This document shows positions 8,365 to 16,909 of a DNA stretch of 32,000 bases, piece by piece. Below the pieces are notes generated by a model. That model was not told the origin of the DNA. It searched no databases and saw nothing but the letters and a program-made list of their open reading frames with translations. This stretch comes from Neobacillus sp. WH10 (GTDB lineage Bacteria > Bacillota > Bacilli > Bacillales > Cytobacillaceae), in contig NZ_CP126110.1 in NCBI RefSeq assembly GCF_030123405.1, positions 4,905,125-4,937,124 of the forward strand. Reading direction: 5' to 3'. The first letter of the stretch is position 1; the number at the start of each line of letters is the position of its first letter. Position numbers and translations under genes: made by a program.

Positions 8365-9123
8365 ATGGAATTAACAAATAAAATTGCCGTAATAACTGGG
8401 GCAGGAAGTGGAATTGGTAGAGCAAGCAGCTTGAAACTTGCTAGTAACGGGGCAACAGTTGTATTAGTCGATTTCAATAAGGAAACAGGGGAAGAAACAT
8501 TAAAACTTGTGAAGGAGCAAGGCGGAGAAGGTATCTTCGTTCAGGCCGATGTCTCAAAAAGTGAAGATGTGCAAAACTATGTAAATAAAGCAGTTGAAAC
8601 ATATGGACGTATTGATATATTTTTCAATAATGCAGGTATTATCCAAAAGTTTGCACCTTTCACTACAGTAGAAGAATCCGAATTTGACCGGATTATGTCC
8701 ATCAATGTAAAAGGCGTATTCCTTGGATTAAAATATGTGTTAAAAGTGATGGACGAGCAAGGAAGCGGATCAATTATTAACACTGCTTCGACTGCAGGAA
8801 TTCGACCTGAACATAGTGTAGCTGTTTATTCAGCAAGCAAACATGCGGTTATAGGGTTAACCAAAGGTGCTGCATTAGAATATGCTAAAAAAGGAATCCG
8901 TATTAATGCGCTTTGCCCAGGCGGTGTTCAAACAGCTTTAACCGCTAGTGTTGCTGATCAGTTTGCAAAAGGCGGCTACATCCCAGAAGAGTTTTCAAAT
9001 ATGAGAATGGGTCGTTATGCTGATCCGAACGAACTTGCTGAAATGGTTGCTTTCTTAGCATCTGATAAAGCAAGCTATATGACCGGCTCAGTTGTCCTTG
9101 TAGATGGTGGTTTAACTTTATAA
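8365..9123 (+). CDS. short-chain dehydrogenase/reductase (SDR) family oxidoreductase
   Basis: TGAGSGIG cofactor motif, NNAG, and the catalytic S...YSASK. The ATG at 8365 has better spacing from the GGGGA RBS than the track's start at 8359. Confidence 0.85.
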   Translation: MELTNKIAVITGAGSGIGRASSLKLASNGATVVLVDFNKETGEETLKLVKEQGGEGIFVQADVSKSEDVQNYVNKAVETYGRIDIFFNNAGIIQKFAPFTTVEESEFDRIMSINVKGVFLGLKYVLKVMDEQGSGSIINTASTAGIRPEHSVAVYSASKHAVIGLTKGAALEYAKKGIRINALCPGGVQTALTASVADQFAKGGYIPEEFSNMRMGRYADPNELAEMVAFLASDKASYMTGSVVLVDGGLTL

Positions 9124-9378
9124 GCTTAAGAAACAACAAGCAGGGGTCAAACATTCTTATGATAGTATAAATGGTAAAGAAGGTGCTTTCCATGATAAAT
9201 ATCCGGTTTAAAATATATATTAGAGAACTTAGCTCCGCACAAATGTATACGATGAAGCATTGTACGGAGCTTAATCGGGAAGCATCAAGTTTCCTATATT
9301 CATCGGCTTATAGTTGCTAAAAAGTGTAGTGCTGCTATGCTTTTTTGCGTATGACTATTTGCCGAAGGATAATTGATT

Positions 9379-9419
9379 AAAGGGCCATAGACAATGCTTT
9401 GTCTATGGCCCTTTGTTTT
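9379..9419 (+). terminator. strong intrinsic terminator-like hairpin in the SDR / ABC-F intergenic region
   Basis: 15-bp stem: aaagggccatagaca (9379-9393) pairs with tgtctatggcccttt (9400-9414). The run ttgtttt (9413-9419) overlaps the last two stem pairs. Confidence 0.7.
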
Positions 9420-9489
9420 GGATATTTCAATGAGTTTTCTCGGAATTGAAATAATATTTGTTGTATTCTTTCTATGCAGCAAAACCACT

Positions 9490-9546
9490 AAAGCAAAGAG
9501 CTAGCGTCTTTTGTGACACTGTCTCTTTGCTTTTTTTATTTTTTAG
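9490..9546 (+). terminator. terminator/attenuator hairpin immediately upstream of the ABC-F RBS
   Basis: aaagcaaagag (9490-9500) pairs with ctctttgcttt (9523-9533), followed by tttttttatttttt. It ends 17 nt before the ATG at 9563. Confidence 0.65.
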
Positions 9547-9562
9547 GAAAAGAGGAAAAAAG

Positions 9563-11098
9563 ATGAGTTTACTTGAAGTCAGAAATTTAACACACAGATT
9601 TATAGACAAACCCCTATATGATAAAGCAAGTTTCGATTTATACAAAGGTGAACATATGGGAATCGTAGGACAAAATGGCGCTGGAAAAAGTACACTTATA
9701 AAAATATTGATGGGAGAAATCATTCCCGATAACGGAATGATTAAATGGAAAAGGGATATTAGGATTGGACATCTCGATCAATATGCCGAAATCAATGGAA
9801 CCAAAACAATTATTGACTATTTGAATACAGCATTTGCCAATTTATTTGAACTCGAAAAAAAACTGAATGATCTCTATCAAGAAATGGTGATTACAGGTAA
9901 TTACGATCTGATGGAGCAAGCGGCAAAATACCAGGAGAAGCTTGAAACGAGTGATTTTTATTTAATAGAAAGTCACATCGATAAAGTGGTTTATGGCTTA
10001 GGGATTAATGCAATTGGCATCGAGTGCCCCATTCAGGAGTTAAGCGGCGGCCAAAGAGCGAAAGTTATACTAGCAAAGCTATTGCTTGAAAAGCCCCATG
10101 TACTATTGTTAGATGAACCAACGAATTTTCTAGATAAGGAACATGTAGACTGGCTTGCAAACTATTTAACCGTATTCGATGGCGCTTATATCGTTGTATC
10201 CCATGATTTTGATTTTTTAGAGAAAATATCTTCTTGTATATGTGATATCGAGCTTGGCACCATCAAAAAGTATACGGGGAAATACTCGGATTTTCTGCGT
10301 CAAAAAGAGCATTTGCGAGAAGATTACACTCGACAATACGTCGCTCAACAAAAAAAGATAGAAAAAACGGAAGAATTTATTCGAAAGAATATTGCTGGAG
10401 TTAATAGCAAGATGGCTCAAGGTCGTCGGAAGCAGCTTGAAAGAATGGAACGAATGGCTCCACCAGTTTTCACTCATAAACCTGCCTTTAGTTTTAAGGA
10501 AATCTCACTTTCCGCACAGATGGCTCTACGTGTAAATGACCTTGAGGTTGGTTATGGTAAACCCCTTTTGCCTAAATTGAATTTTACTGTTTCAGGCGGG
10601 CAAAAACTTGTGATTACAGGTTTTAATGGAATTGGAAAGTCCACATTACTAAAAACACTCGTTCAACGTATATCAATTGTCGCAGGTAGTTTCCAGTTTG
10701 CGGAATCCGTAAAGATTGGTTATTTCGAACAAAATTTAACATGGGAAGATAAGGCAAAAACACCTCTCAAAATTATCTCAGATTTTTATCCTAAATTGGG
10801 CGTTAAGGAGATTCGTAGTCGTTTGGCTCAATGTGGGCTGAAGAATGCTCATACTTCACAAGCAATTGGGACATTAAGTGGCGGAGAACAGTCAAAGGTA
10901 AAATTATGCCTGCTCCTTCTTTCATCTTGCAATTTTCTAGTCTTGGATGAACCAACCAATCATTTAGATGCAGAAACAAAAGAAGCTTTACAAAAAGCAT
11001 TAATTCAGTTTAAAGGCAGTGTATTACTTGTTTCTCATGAAGAAAAGTTTTATCAAACGTGGGCGGATCGCTATCTAAATATAGAGGATTGCATTTAA
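9563..11098 (+). CDS. ABC-F family ATPase (two nucleotide-binding domains, no membrane domain)
   Basis: Two Walker A motifs (GQNGAGKST, GFNGIGKST), two signatures (LSGGQ, LSGGE) and a basic interdomain linker (QQKKIEKTEEFIRKN...RRKQLERMERM). Start moved to the ATG at 9563 after AGGAAAAGAGG, because the track's 9458 start would read through a terminator. Confidence 0.85.
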   Translation: MSLLEVRNLTHRFIDKPLYDKASFDLYKGEHMGIVGQNGAGKSTLIKILMGEIIPDNGMIKWKRDIRIGHLDQYAEINGTKTIIDYLNTAFANLFELEKKLNDLYQEMVITGNYDLMEQAAKYQEKLETSDFYLIESHIDKVVYGLGINAIGIECPIQELSGGQRAKVILAKLLLEKPHVLLLDEPTNFLDKEHVDWLANYLTVFDGAYIVVSHDFDFLEKISSCICDIELGTIKKYTGKYSDFLRQKEHLREDYTRQYVAQQKKIEKTEEFIRKNIAGVNSKMAQGRRKQLERMERMAPPVFTHKPAFSFKEISLSAQMALRVNDLEVGYGKPLLPKLNFTVSGGQKLVITGFNGIGKSTLLKTLVQRISIVAGSFQFAESVKIGYFEQNLTWEDKAKTPLKIISDFYPKLGVKEIRSRLAQCGLKNAHTSQAIGTLSGGEQSKVKLCLLLLSSCNFLVLDEPTNHLDAETKEALQKALIQFKGSVLLVSHEEKFYQTWADRYLNIEDCI

Positions 11099-11104
11099 TG
11101 AAGC

Positions 11105-11410
11105 TCAATTTATAGAAGGATAAATGAGGATCCTTGTCAAAAATTCACAGCAAAAAATAATTAAAAGCTCACAATTACCAGCGTTATTGTTTGATGCCTT
11201 TTCTTCACCTAACGCAATTGGATCGACCTTAAATTCGACATTTTTATAAACGGATTTGACAACTTCAGATTTTAAGAGCATTTCTACTTGGTTGGCTGGT
11301 AGTTTCATCGCTACCCCATTATAAGTAGTATTAAATGTTGATGTGATTTTATGATCTAACTTCTTACTTTTAAGATTACTATATTGCAATTGGGTATTTT
11401 TGATAGGCAT
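11105..11410 (-). pseudogene. fragment resembling a subtilase propeptide (inhibitor I9 domain); probably decayed
   Basis: TYNGVAMKLPANQVEMLLKSEVVKSVYKNVEF fits the I9 pattern. There is no RBS, a stop lies immediately upstream, the C-terminus is low-complexity, and no catalytic domain follows. Confidence 0.4.
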
Positions 11411-11465
11411 TCATACCCGTATAAAAAGTACTAAACTTTTAATTTGGGGTAATTTATCTTTATTT

Positions 11466-11519
11466 ATAAAACAATCAAAAAGGGCACCATTATTTAGGTG
11501 CCCTTTTTGATTGTTTTAT
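11466..11519. terminator. perfect 23-bp inverted repeat (bidirectional terminator-like)
   Basis: ataaaacaatcaaaaagggcacc (11466-11488) pairs with ggtgccctttttgattgttttat (11497-11519) across an 8-nt loop. Confidence 0.55.
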
Positions 11520-11526
11520 ATTATTG

Positions 11527-11620
11527 ATAAAGAAAACTCGTCGATTGGTGAGCCCCAAGGGCGAAGACAGAGGCGTAGTTATACTTATGCCTGATAGGAT
11601 AGTTATACTTTCCTATCGGC
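11527..11620 (-). repeat. dispersed ~92-nt structured element, copy 2
   Basis: Aligns with 5513-5604 at about 85% identity in the same orientation. It lies directly 3' (minus strand) of the terminator at 11621-11650. Confidence 0.7.
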
Positions 11621-11650
11621 AAATAAGAAAGCGGACGATTAAGCCCGCTA
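11621..11650 (-). terminator. intrinsic terminator of the I9-domain gene
   Basis: Minus strand: AGCGGGC-ttaatc-GTCCGCT followed by ttcttattt. Confidence 0.55.
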
Positions 11651-11659
11651 CATAGTACA

Positions 11660-12142
11660 TTATTTAGGTCTTGGCGGTGGAATTAGCTTGATTTCCTTAT
11701 TGGCATAAATAGCAGCAATTTCGTTAGATTGTAACAATCTTTTAATTTCCTTCCCTGGAAGCTTAATCGATACCCCGTTAAATGCCATTTTATAAGTATG
11801 CTTTATCGAATAGGGAATTTGGTGTTGGCCTAAATATCGTTCTACATCCTTCTTAAAGCGTGAATGACTTTCTTCTACGTCCTGTTTTGCTTGTTCCAAT
11901 GTTAATGGTACTCCACTCTTTTCTGCAATGGCGACTGCAACCTTTGCTGGATACGTTTTAAAGTGAATGATGATTTCAACCATCTTTTCACTAATCATAT
12001 CGACTTCTGGGTCAATGTGTATAGCTGGAGTCATTACTTCTTTCCCCCTGTTTTCTCCCCGTTCCCTTATGTATTCATGATTGTCATATCCAGCTAGACA
12101 TAAAAGACAAGTGAGCAATAAAATTGGATACCATCTTACCAT
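11660..12142 (-). CDS. secreted protein made of a signal peptide plus a peptidase-inhibitor I9 (subtilase propeptide-like) domain only
   Basis: 160 aa. Hydrophobic N-terminus (ILLLTCLLCLAG), then VEIIIHFKTYPAKVA...HTYKMAFNGVSIKLPGKEIKRLLQSNEIAAIYANKEI. It stops where a catalytic S8 domain would normally begin. Confidence 0.55.
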   Translation of the reverse strand: MVRWYPILLLTCLLCLAGYDNHEYIRERGENRGKEVMTPAIHIDPEVDMISEKMVEIIIHFKTYPAKVAVAIAEKSGVPLTLEQAKQDVEESHSRFKKDVERYLGQHQIPYSIKHTYKMAFNGVSIKLPGKEIKRLLQSNEIAAIYANKEIKLIPPPRPK

Positions 12143-12348
12143 TACTATATCATCCTTCCTTCGATAGAATACTTCAAGGATTCCCTTTTTGACCTATCCT
12201 TATCAAATTCTCTAGAAAGGAAAATATATATAGTCGGCTAAATAATAATTTCTTTATCCACTATCCGCTATTGAGGTATTTTTGTTGGTCTTTTTTACTG
12301 ATGTTTATAATTGGGGTAGCCTATTCATTCAACATATCAAGTAAATAT

Positions 12349-12385
12349 GAAAATCCGCTGCCAAAGAACTAGGCAGCGGATTTAT
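12349..12385 (-). terminator. intrinsic terminator ending the ECF operon
   Basis: aatccgctgcc (12352-12362) pairs with ggcagcggatt (12372-12382). U-run on the minus strand. Confidence 0.7.
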
Positions 12386-12410
12386 ACTTGTCTATGTAAT
12401 TAGGAAAACA

Positions 12411-13241
12411 TCAAAGAAAAGGATTATAGAACCGATCGCCATCATGAAATGTGACATAAAGCGAGACTAATAGTATGAGAGCGAAAAGGATGATAGTGAA
12501 TACATCTATTTTTTGAAATGGGCGTGCCCGGTACCAAGAACGCTTTTTGTTTTTTCCAAACCCTCGGAGCTCCATTGCATTGCTAATGATTTCAATTTTA
12601 TCGAGACTTGATAAGATGAGCGGGATGATGATCGATGCAGCATTCTTTATCCGCTTCGGCAGCTTTTCTTTGCGCGACATATCAATCCCACGGGCTTGCT
12701 GGGAAAGCGAGATATTACGAAAATCTCGTTGAATGTCGGGAATATAGCGTAATGCAAGTGCAACAGCATAAGAAATTCGGTAGCTGACACCGATTCGGTT
12801 TAATGATGCGGCAAATTCACTGGGATTTGTCGTCACAATAAATAGAATCGCCGCCGGAATGACGGTGAAATATTTAAGTGTAACATTCATTTGATAAAAC
12901 AGCTGCTCTAGCGTGATCGAATAGCGCCCGCCGATTTCAAACAGCACATGGCTTGTCCCATAGATTTTTACCCCTTCTTGCGGCGAAAATACATAGATTG
13001 CAAGATTATTAATCATCAAAAACAATAAGATAAATAGGAGGACAAAGGCCACTTCCTTTAGTTTCACCTTGGAAACGATAAAGACGCCGATACTAAATAG
13101 GAAGAGGAAGACTAAAACTCGCGTATCATAGGTAAGCATCGCAATCGATGACCAGATGATGAAGCAAATCAGCTTGGTTACACCTGTCAGCTGATGGACC
13201 GGCGATTGCCGCTCTATGTATGAAAGCATTTCTACTGCCAT
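12411..13241 (-). CDS. ECF transporter transmembrane (T) component
   Basis: 276 aa, multi-pass. EcfT-type coupling motifs (LSQQARGIDM, AMELRGFG). Its start overlaps the ATPase stop by 10 nt. Confidence 0.8.
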   Translation of the reverse strand: MAVEMLSYIERQSPVHQLTGVTKLICFIIWSSIAMLTYDTRVLVFLFLFSIGVFIVSKVKLKEVAFVLLFILLFLMINNLAIYVFSPQEGVKIYGTSHVLFEIGGRYSITLEQLFYQMNVTLKYFTVIPAAILFIVTTNPSEFAASLNRIGVSYRISYAVALALRYIPDIQRDFRNISLSQQARGIDMSRKEKLPKRIKNAASIIIPLILSSLDKIEIISNAMELRGFGKNKKRSWYRARPFQKIDVFTIILFALILLVSLYVTFHDGDRFYNPFL

Positions 13242-14944
13242 TTCTGTCTCACCTCACGATCATAGGCGATAAACCTCTCGACAAACTGCTTTGGATCGCT
13301 AATTCCCGCCCGGTTTGCCAATTCAAATAAGGATGTTTCCTTTAAATTTGCCTCTTCAATAATTGTAGAATCCGCCAGTACATTGACAGCTGAGTCATCG
13401 GCTATTTTTCTTCCGCCTGCAATCACAATCGCCCGCGGCGTATATTCAAGCATGAGATGCATATCATGGGTAATCATGATGATTGTAACACCTTGGCTGT
13501 TGAGTTCCACCAAAAATTCCATGATCTCGGTATAATGGCGGAAATCCTGCCCTGCGGTAGGCTCGTCAAGTATGATTATCTCTGGCTCCAATACTAAGAT
13601 GGAGGCGATGGTTACCCGCTTTTTCTGGCCAAAGCTTAACGCCGAAATCGGCCAGTTACGGAATGGATACAATCCGCAAATTTTCAATGTCTTCATAACG
13701 CGCTCTTTTATCTCGGCTTCCGGTACACCAAGGATGACCAGACCAAGCGCCACTTCATCATAGATCATCTGCTTCGAAATCATCTGATTCGGGTTTTGCA
13801 TTACCATGCCGATCCTTGATGCCCTCTCTTTAATCGTATCTTCGGTAATATCCTGCCCGCGATAATAAATTCTTCCCGAGCTAGGATTTTCAAAGCCGCA
13901 AATTAATTTGGACAGTGTCGACTTTCCAGCACCATTTTTTCCAACAATACTAACCATTTCACCTTTTTCAATCGAAAAAGAAACACCGTGAATCGTTCTT
14001 TTTCCTGGTGTATAGCCAAAATTAATTTCCTTTAATTCCAAAACAGATTCTGTTTTCTCTCTAGGCTGCGGGCTATCCACTTTTGTAAACCAGTCCACTA
14101 ACTGACCTTTGCAGCTTTCAACTTGAAAGGAATCGAGATGAGCGGGCTTCATTTCTGGCGTAATATCACAGGCGGCATATTTCGCTGCTTTCACATATAA
14201 GGGCTCGCGGATGGAACATTGCTCCAAGACGGGGGAAGCTAAAAGTTCATCCGGAGTCATGTCACCGATAATCCTGCCATCATCAACGACAATGATGCGG
14301 TCAACAGGGCAATGCAATACATCCTCTAAGCGGTGCTCGATAATCACGACCGTTTTGTTTGTTTCTTGTTGGATCCTATCAATGAGTTCAATTGCATATT
14401 TTCCTGTTGCCGGATCAAGATTGGCCAGTGGTTCATCAAATAATAGAATCTCCACATCATCGACCATTACCCCAGCAAGAGATACCCTTTGCTTTTGTCC
14501 TCCGGAAAGATGGTGCAGCGAGGAGTCCAAATAATCCTCCATTTCCACCATTTTCGATACCTCGGCCACCTTATCAAACATTTGTGTTTGTGGTGTACAA
14601 TCATTTTCGAGCGCAAAAGCGATATCCTCAGCAACCGTAAGCCCAATAAATTGCCCATCAGGATCTTGGAGAACCGTTCCGACTTTTTTCGATAAGGAAA
14701 AAATGTCTAAATCCTTAGCGTCCTCGCCGCAGATTTTCAAACTTCCTGATACTTCCCCTTTGTAAGAAAAGGGAACAAGGCCATTGAGACAATGGCCAAG
14801 TGTGCTTTTTCCAGATCCAGATGGACCAACAATGAGAATCTTTTCCCCTTCATAGATCGTTAAGTTTATCTCATGTAATGTTGGTGCCGTCTGACTGCGA
14901 TATTGAAAGCTATAGTTTTCAAATTGTATAACCGGTTTTTTCAT
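13232..14944 (-). CDS. ECF transporter fused double ATPase (A-A' components)
   Basis: 570 aa with two sets of Walker A (GPSGSGKST, GKNGAGKST), signature-like motifs (LSGGQKQR, LSFGQKKR) and Walker B. The architecture resembles YkoD-type dedicated ECF ATPases. Confidence 0.85.
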   Translation of the reverse strand: MKKPVIQFENYSFQYRSQTAPTLHEINLTIYEGEKILIVGPSGSGKSTLGHCLNGLVPFSYKGEVSGSLKICGEDAKDLDIFSLSKKVGTVLQDPDGQFIGLTVAEDIAFALENDCTPQTQMFDKVAEVSKMVEMEDYLDSSLHHLSGGQKQRVSLAGVMVDDVEILLFDEPLANLDPATGKYAIELIDRIQQETNKTVVIIEHRLEDVLHCPVDRIIVVDDGRIIGDMTPDELLASPVLEQCSIREPLYVKAAKYAACDITPEMKPAHLDSFQVESCKGQLVDWFTKVDSPQPREKTESVLELKEINFGYTPGKRTIHGVSFSIEKGEMVSIVGKNGAGKSTLSKLICGFENPSSGRIYYRGQDITEDTIKERASRIGMVMQNPNQMISKQMIYDEVALGLVILGVPEAEIKERVMKTLKICGLYPFRNWPISALSFGQKKRVTIASILVLEPEIIILDEPTAGQDFRHYTEIMEFLVELNSQGVTIIMITHDMHLMLEYTPRAIVIAGGRKIADDSAVNVLADSTIIEEANLKETSLFELANRAGISDPKQFVERFIAYDREVRQKWQ

Positions 14945-15002
14945 AAAATTTCTCCTAGTGAATCAATGCTCTTCTGTTTGCAAAACAGTCTGCATCTTAT
15001 AA

Positions 15003-15560
15003 TTAAACATCCTTAGTTAGACTGCCGCTTTGACTGCGGCTTTTTGCATAGATACTAAGCAACAGCGTACCAAGGACAGCAACAGTTACCATGTTTAACC
15101 CGCCGGCAACCACGCCTTGTAAATAAACCTTATTTGCTGGTTCGGCATAAATAAGAACATCGAGGGTCGGAGCAATCGCGAACCAGCCGATCGCTTGGAC
15201 AACGATTTGAACCACGTTAAACAGAATGATTTTTTTCGTATTAAAAATGCCTGATTCAATATTGATTTTCTTCGCTGCAAGGCCAATTAAGAAGCCGACG
15301 ATTCCAGAAACGATGACCCAGCTCCACCACGGAGTTCCGTAGAAGATGGCATCCTTTAAGGCGTGGCCGATTAACCCAATCAACCCACCGGCAACCGGTC
15401 CGAAAACAATTGCCATTAACGCTAAAAAGCCGTACGATGTGTCAAAATTCGTATTTGGTACTCCTGTTGGAATAACGGCGAATCTGCCTAAAATCACGAA
15501 TACGGCTGCGCCAATCCCAATTGCCACGATCGTTTTGATTGATAACTGTTTTCCTTTCAT
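15003..15560 (-). CDS. ECF transporter substrate-specific (S) component, UPF0397-like
   Basis: [43 protein letters not shown]...[17 protein letters not shown]...[20 protein letters not shown] resembles the UPF0397 S-component family as I remember it. The track's start at 15710 is rejected because it overlaps the upstream gene; the ATG at 15560 (or 15590) is preferred. Confidence 0.7.
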   Translation of the reverse strand: MKGKQLSIKTIVAIGIGAAVFVILGRFAVIPTGVPNTNFDTSYGFLALMAIVFGPVAGGLIGLIGHALKDAIFYGTPWWSWVIVSGIVGFLIGLAAKKINIESGIFNTKKIILFNVVQIVVQAIGWFAIAPTLDVLIYAEPANKVYLQGVVAGGLNMVTVAVLGTLLLSIYAKSRSQSGSLTKDV

Positions 15561-15594
15561 TTCCTCAACCCCCAAAAAGATCTTTTTCATAAAG

Positions 15595-16452
15595 TTAATT
15601 GTAAACAATTTTCGGCAATTTGCGTATAGAAATTTTCCATGATGCCCCTGTTTCAATATGATATGCCTTTGCAAAAGAACCCTGGTTAATCGCAACGCCA
15701 ATTTTATCAAGCGAATTCACATATAGCAATGGCTCACCTAAATGAATATCAGCAAATGTTCGGCCATACGTCATAATGTTTTTATAGACTTGGCGGGTAT
15801 CATTTTCTATCGTCACTTCAAAGGAATCACCATATTCCACTGATAAATTTTTGAAGAGTACACGGTCAATATTTGTCCATAAATTACCGAACCGAATATC
15901 AAGTATGTCAATATTGCCAGTGAGCACATGATTGGTAATACTCGGCTCCTCCTTGGGAAGTTCGATGATGGAATCAACCGGCACTTCTGGACCCACTTGT
16001 TCAAACGTAATTAAATTGGAAGCGAGTCTTGCCCCGGTATATGCATAGACATCACGACCATGGAACGTATAGGATTCACCAGAACACGGCAAGCGATTGA
16101 CGTCCTCATCAATGATTCTTACTTCTTTAATGCCAATACAATTTTTAATATGGGTGAGCGTACCATTGTCCGGAGTAATAATATACTGATCCAAAGCCGT
16201 TTTCGCGACAACACTTCTCCGCTCAGAACCGACACCTGGGTCAACAACCGAAACAAACACCGTTCCTTCGGGCCAATAGGAAACCGTCTGATATAATCGG
16301 TAGGAGCCTTCCCAAATATGATACTGGGGAATGTCATGGGTTAAATCAAATACACGGATGGCTGGATTCACGGAAATAGCCACACCATACATAGCGCTTA
16401 CAGCACCGTCACTTGTACCAAAATCAGTTTGTAACACGAGATGATTATTCAT
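15595..16452 (-). CDS. DUF62 / SAM hydroxide adenosyltransferase family protein (SAM hydrolase, related to chlorinase/fluorinase)
   Basis: [20 protein letters not shown]...[20 protein letters not shown]...[12 protein letters not shown] are hallmark blocks of this family. Strong AAGGAGG RBS. Confidence 0.8.
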   Translation of the reverse strand: MNNHLVLQTDFGTSDGAVSAMYGVAISVNPAIRVFDLTHDIPQYHIWEGSYRLYQTVSYWPEGTVFVSVVDPGVGSERRSVVAKTALDQYIITPDNGTLTHIKNCIGIKEVRIIDEDVNRLPCSGESYTFHGRDVYAYTGARLASNLITFEQVGPEVPVDSIIELPKEEPSITNHVLTGNIDILDIRFGNLWTNIDRVLFKNLSVEYGDSFEVTIENDTRQVYKNIMTYGRTFADIHLGEPLLYVNSLDKIGVAINQGSFAKAYHIETGASWKISIRKLPKIVYN

Positions 16453-16486
16453 TATATTTTCCTCCTTAGTTTTTTATTCTAGGTAT

Positions 16487-16551
16487 GAAGCAGGGGGACG
16501 GTTCTCCTGCTTCATTATGTACCAGAAGCAATTGAACCGTCTCCTCGCTTC
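16487..16551. repeat. two inverted copies of the GAAGCAGGGGGACGGTTCTCCTGCTTC hairpin element
   Basis: Copy at 16487-16513 and a degenerate, oppositely oriented copy at 16525-16551. Both lie between the T-box terminator and the DUF62 start codon. Confidence 0.65.
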
Positions 16552-16572
16552 ATTTCTCTTATTTACGGAATT

Positions 16573-16903
16573 AAAAAAACCACGCCCCTATCTATTTCAA
16601 GAAATAGATAAGGACGTGGTTGATCTCCACGTGGTACCACCTTAATTTACTGTTTGCTCACACAAAACAGCCTCTGCAAGTACGAGAGCGTAATGCTGCT
16701 CTTTATACTGTGGTATTGATAACGAGTACCAAATCTCGTCGGAACCTACTCCAATCTAGTTAGATTGTTTCAGCACGAAGCTCTGAGGCCATTGTTCGGA
16801 TTAGTATTTTTGCTTCTTTTCAGCTGCCGAAGCTCTCTGTATAAAATAACGTAATCGTACTTTCCCTCTTCAACGCTATAAATCATATATTGTTTGAAAA
16901 TTT
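16573..16903 (-). promoter_or_regulatory. T-box leader, probable methionine (AUG) specificity
   Basis: Minus strand shows a K-turn (GTTGAAGAGG), AGTA, ACAGAGAGC, and a specifier-loop 3' side GAACAAUGG abutting the lower stem CCUC/GAGG. The AUG lies at 16792-16790. T-box AAGGTGGTACCACGTGG is followed by the terminator ccacgtcc...ggggcgtgg and U7. Confidence 0.8.
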
Positions 16904-16909
16904 ATTAAA

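Noticed and set aside
8228-8425. 65-aa minus-strand ORF in the AraC/SDR divergent region
   Set aside because: It overlaps the SDR start and its promoter region, and the translation is leucine- and isoleucine-rich from AT-rich DNA. Spurious.
9458-9562. N-terminal extension of the ABC-F ORF (track start 9458)
   Set aside because: The extension would be translated through a terminator hairpin and U-run and has no RBS. The ATG at 9563 has a good RBS, and the protein then begins with a typical ABC N-terminus.
13572-14695. Several 60-110-aa ORFs on both strands inside the ECF ATPase gene; similar nested ORFs occur inside phhA, the GH101 gene, lacC, nagA and the agaS genes
   Set aside because: All are embedded in, or antisense to, long ORFs with strong family signatures. 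None has independent support.
15561-15710. Fifty-codon N-terminal extension of the ECF S component
   Set aside because: It overlaps the 3' end of the DUF62 gene and its sequence is basic and unlike a membrane protein. The S-component similarity starts at [10 protein letters not shown].
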